Notes under the pieces: generated by a model
The model's database searches: none
The model's input: only the letters and a program-made list of their open reading frames with translations
What the model was told of the DNA's origin: nothing
In this document: piece by piece, positions 62,257-64,000 of the stretch
How the letters are laid out: every line of letters begins with the position of its first letter
Position numbering within the stretch: position 1 is the first letter of the stretch
Position numbers and translations under genes: made by a program
Origin: Azolla caroliniana
Lineage: Eukaryota > Plantae > Polypodiophyta
Length of the DNA stretch: 64,000 bases
Direction: 5' to 3'
Assembly (NCBI GenBank): GCA_043228905.1
Contig: JBHGNT010000011.1
Span: forward strand, 5,518,001 to 5,582,000

Positions 62257-62766
62257 AGAAGAAGAGTCTTGCCCAGATGGATGTAGCTCATTTGGTAAGG
62301 TTGGCCAATGGAGACCAGGTGGTTATGGGTTTAACCAGAGAGAGAGAAGAAGAGTCTTGTCCAGGTGGATGTAGCCCAGTCAGTAAGGTTGGTCAATGGA
62401 GACCAGGTGGTTATGGGTTTAACTAGAGAGAGAGAAGAAGAGTCTTGCCCAGATGGATGTAGCTTAGTCGGTAAGGTTGGCCAATGGAGACCAAGTGGTT
62501 ATGGTTTTAACCAGAGAGAGAGAAGAAGAGTCTTGCCCAGATGGATGTAGCTTAGTCGGTAAGGTTGGCCAATGGAGACCAGTGGTTATGGTTTTAACCA
62601 GAGAGAGAGAAGAAGAGTCTTGCCTAGATGGATGTAGCTTAGTTGGTAAGGTTGGCCAATGGAGACCATGTGGTTATGGTTTTAACCAGAGAGAGAGAAG
62701 AAGAGTCTTGCCTAGATGGATGTAGCTTAGTGGGTAAGGTTGGCCAATGGAGACCAGGTGGTTATG
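62250..62766 (+). repeat. Tandem array 6 x 88 bp with tRNA/SINE-head-like unit
   Basis: Unit anchors at 62273, 62361, 62449, 62537, 62624 and 62712. Each has GGATGTAGCTYAGTYGGTAAG (A box) and GGTTTAACC-like sequence 44 nt later. Confidence 0.9.
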
Positions 62767-64000
62767 CCATTAGTTTTTTATTTTGCAATGCTGAGATGCA
62801 AATGACAATTCACGTAGGCCAAGCAAACCATCTCAATTCTCACAATTCCTACTTTGTTAACTACTTGTTTCTTCTATGACATTATGTTATGCATATTCGT
62901 ATGTGTAGAGCCACACCCCCAAACATTTCACTAGAGTGGTTCCTTCTCTTTAAATTTCACAAAAAGATTGTCCTTTATATATCGAGATATCGTTAAGGTG
63001 TATAAGCTAGAGCCACATGCAAGCAGAAGCCTTTTATACTTTAATGTTGCTTGAATGTTGCGGTTTGATATTTATCAAGGACAACATGTTCATTACAATG
63101 TTGCCAACCCATATCATTGTAAACATTGTCACCCTTTTAGATATAAAATAGTTTCGCGCGCTTCGAAACCTATGCTTACAATAAAGCTGCATTTAAATTG
63201 TATGGCCAAGCTCATTTTCAACCAAAGGGGATTGACTAGCTCTATATGGTATGGCGATTGGGAAAAGGTACATTAAGGATCAACCATGGGGTAGTGATTG
63301 CAAGTTATTATTATTCAAGTTCAAGCTTTACCAATACTTTAAAGTAAACTACTTTTGAATTGTATAGACATTTTATTTGTCAATGTAATCTCTAGTTCTC
63401 ATCCTCGAAAAAGAGGGAGATCACTTTTGAAAGAGTATCCTTTTTTGAGATATGTTTTCGCATGGTTTTTTATATTGTAGCTCTCAAACACATGAAATTT
63501 TAACCTCATTAATTGACAATTCAAGGTGAAGGGGCTTTTCTACAGACGATTGGTTTGACCTCTCGTTGGTAGCGCACTTGCATATGATGCCAACTGCGGT
63601 TTTGTTGCCCCATTCATTCAATGGTCACAATATATTCAAATAGTTTGTACATGGTCCCTAGCTTTTCTCATGGGAAATCTGGTGTTTGGTTCTCGAGTAA
63701 ATTATTAGGTTTGTATAGTTCAGAGCACATAAGTTTTGGTCAAAGAGCTTGACTTGGAATCGTACTTGAATTACAAGTTGGTTAAGGATTGGAAGCTACT
63801 CGATGTGCTCAAACTAGGTCTACATTCATGATTCTTTATGGGCAAGTGATACATGCAAAAGGAACTTCTAGGACGTGTACTAATTTATTTCTTTCCCCCA
63901 ACTCTAGCTATTATAATTCCTCTCCCCAACTCTAAGTTCTAACAATACATCATGGCAATTGCTCTTTAGATGAACAACTTAGATAAATTATCGGCTCCCT

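Noticed and set aside
62187-62879. Repetitive ORFs upstream of GATA
   Set aside because: Products of the 88-bp tandem array, whose unit is not a multiple of 3.

Overview
Eukaryotic land-plant nuclear DNA, probably a fern or another seedless vascular plant (an inference from the retroelement types; the species cannot be determined). About 1-46 kb is a deeply nested LTR-retrotransposon cluster. It holds four Ty1/copia elements (9531-19929 -, 20164-28339 +, 28976-33462 -, 36025-40568 +) and an internally deleted non-chromovirus Ty3/gypsy element with an extra coiled-coil ORF (11664-16546 -). It also holds Tcn1/Tf1-like chromoviruses (40569-45050 +, fragment 2258-2895 -, solo LTR 25401-25843), a TRIM-like element (20418-21543), several solo LTRs with exact 5-bp TSDs, and old Reina-like remnants. 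All retroelement ORFs are disrupted. Host genes: a 6-exon GPI-transamidase subunit GPAA1/GAA1 (54960-48425, -, ~720 aa), a 3-exon LLM-domain B-class GATA factor (61320-59232, -, ~441 aa), and a probable small transmembrane Gly/Cys-tailed protein (5361-5585). The best candidate for an undescribed system is the LTR module shared by two divergent chromovirus families. Each has a self-complementary (tRNA-independent) PBS that covaries with the transcript 5' end, a phased heat-shock element next to the TATA box, and an outward-facing antisense tRNA-like A-box/B-box cassette with the same 44-nt spacing at the U3 terminus. A 6 x 88-bp array built from a tRNA/SINE-like head also lies upstream of the GATA gene. 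All calls were made by eye; no database searches were run.
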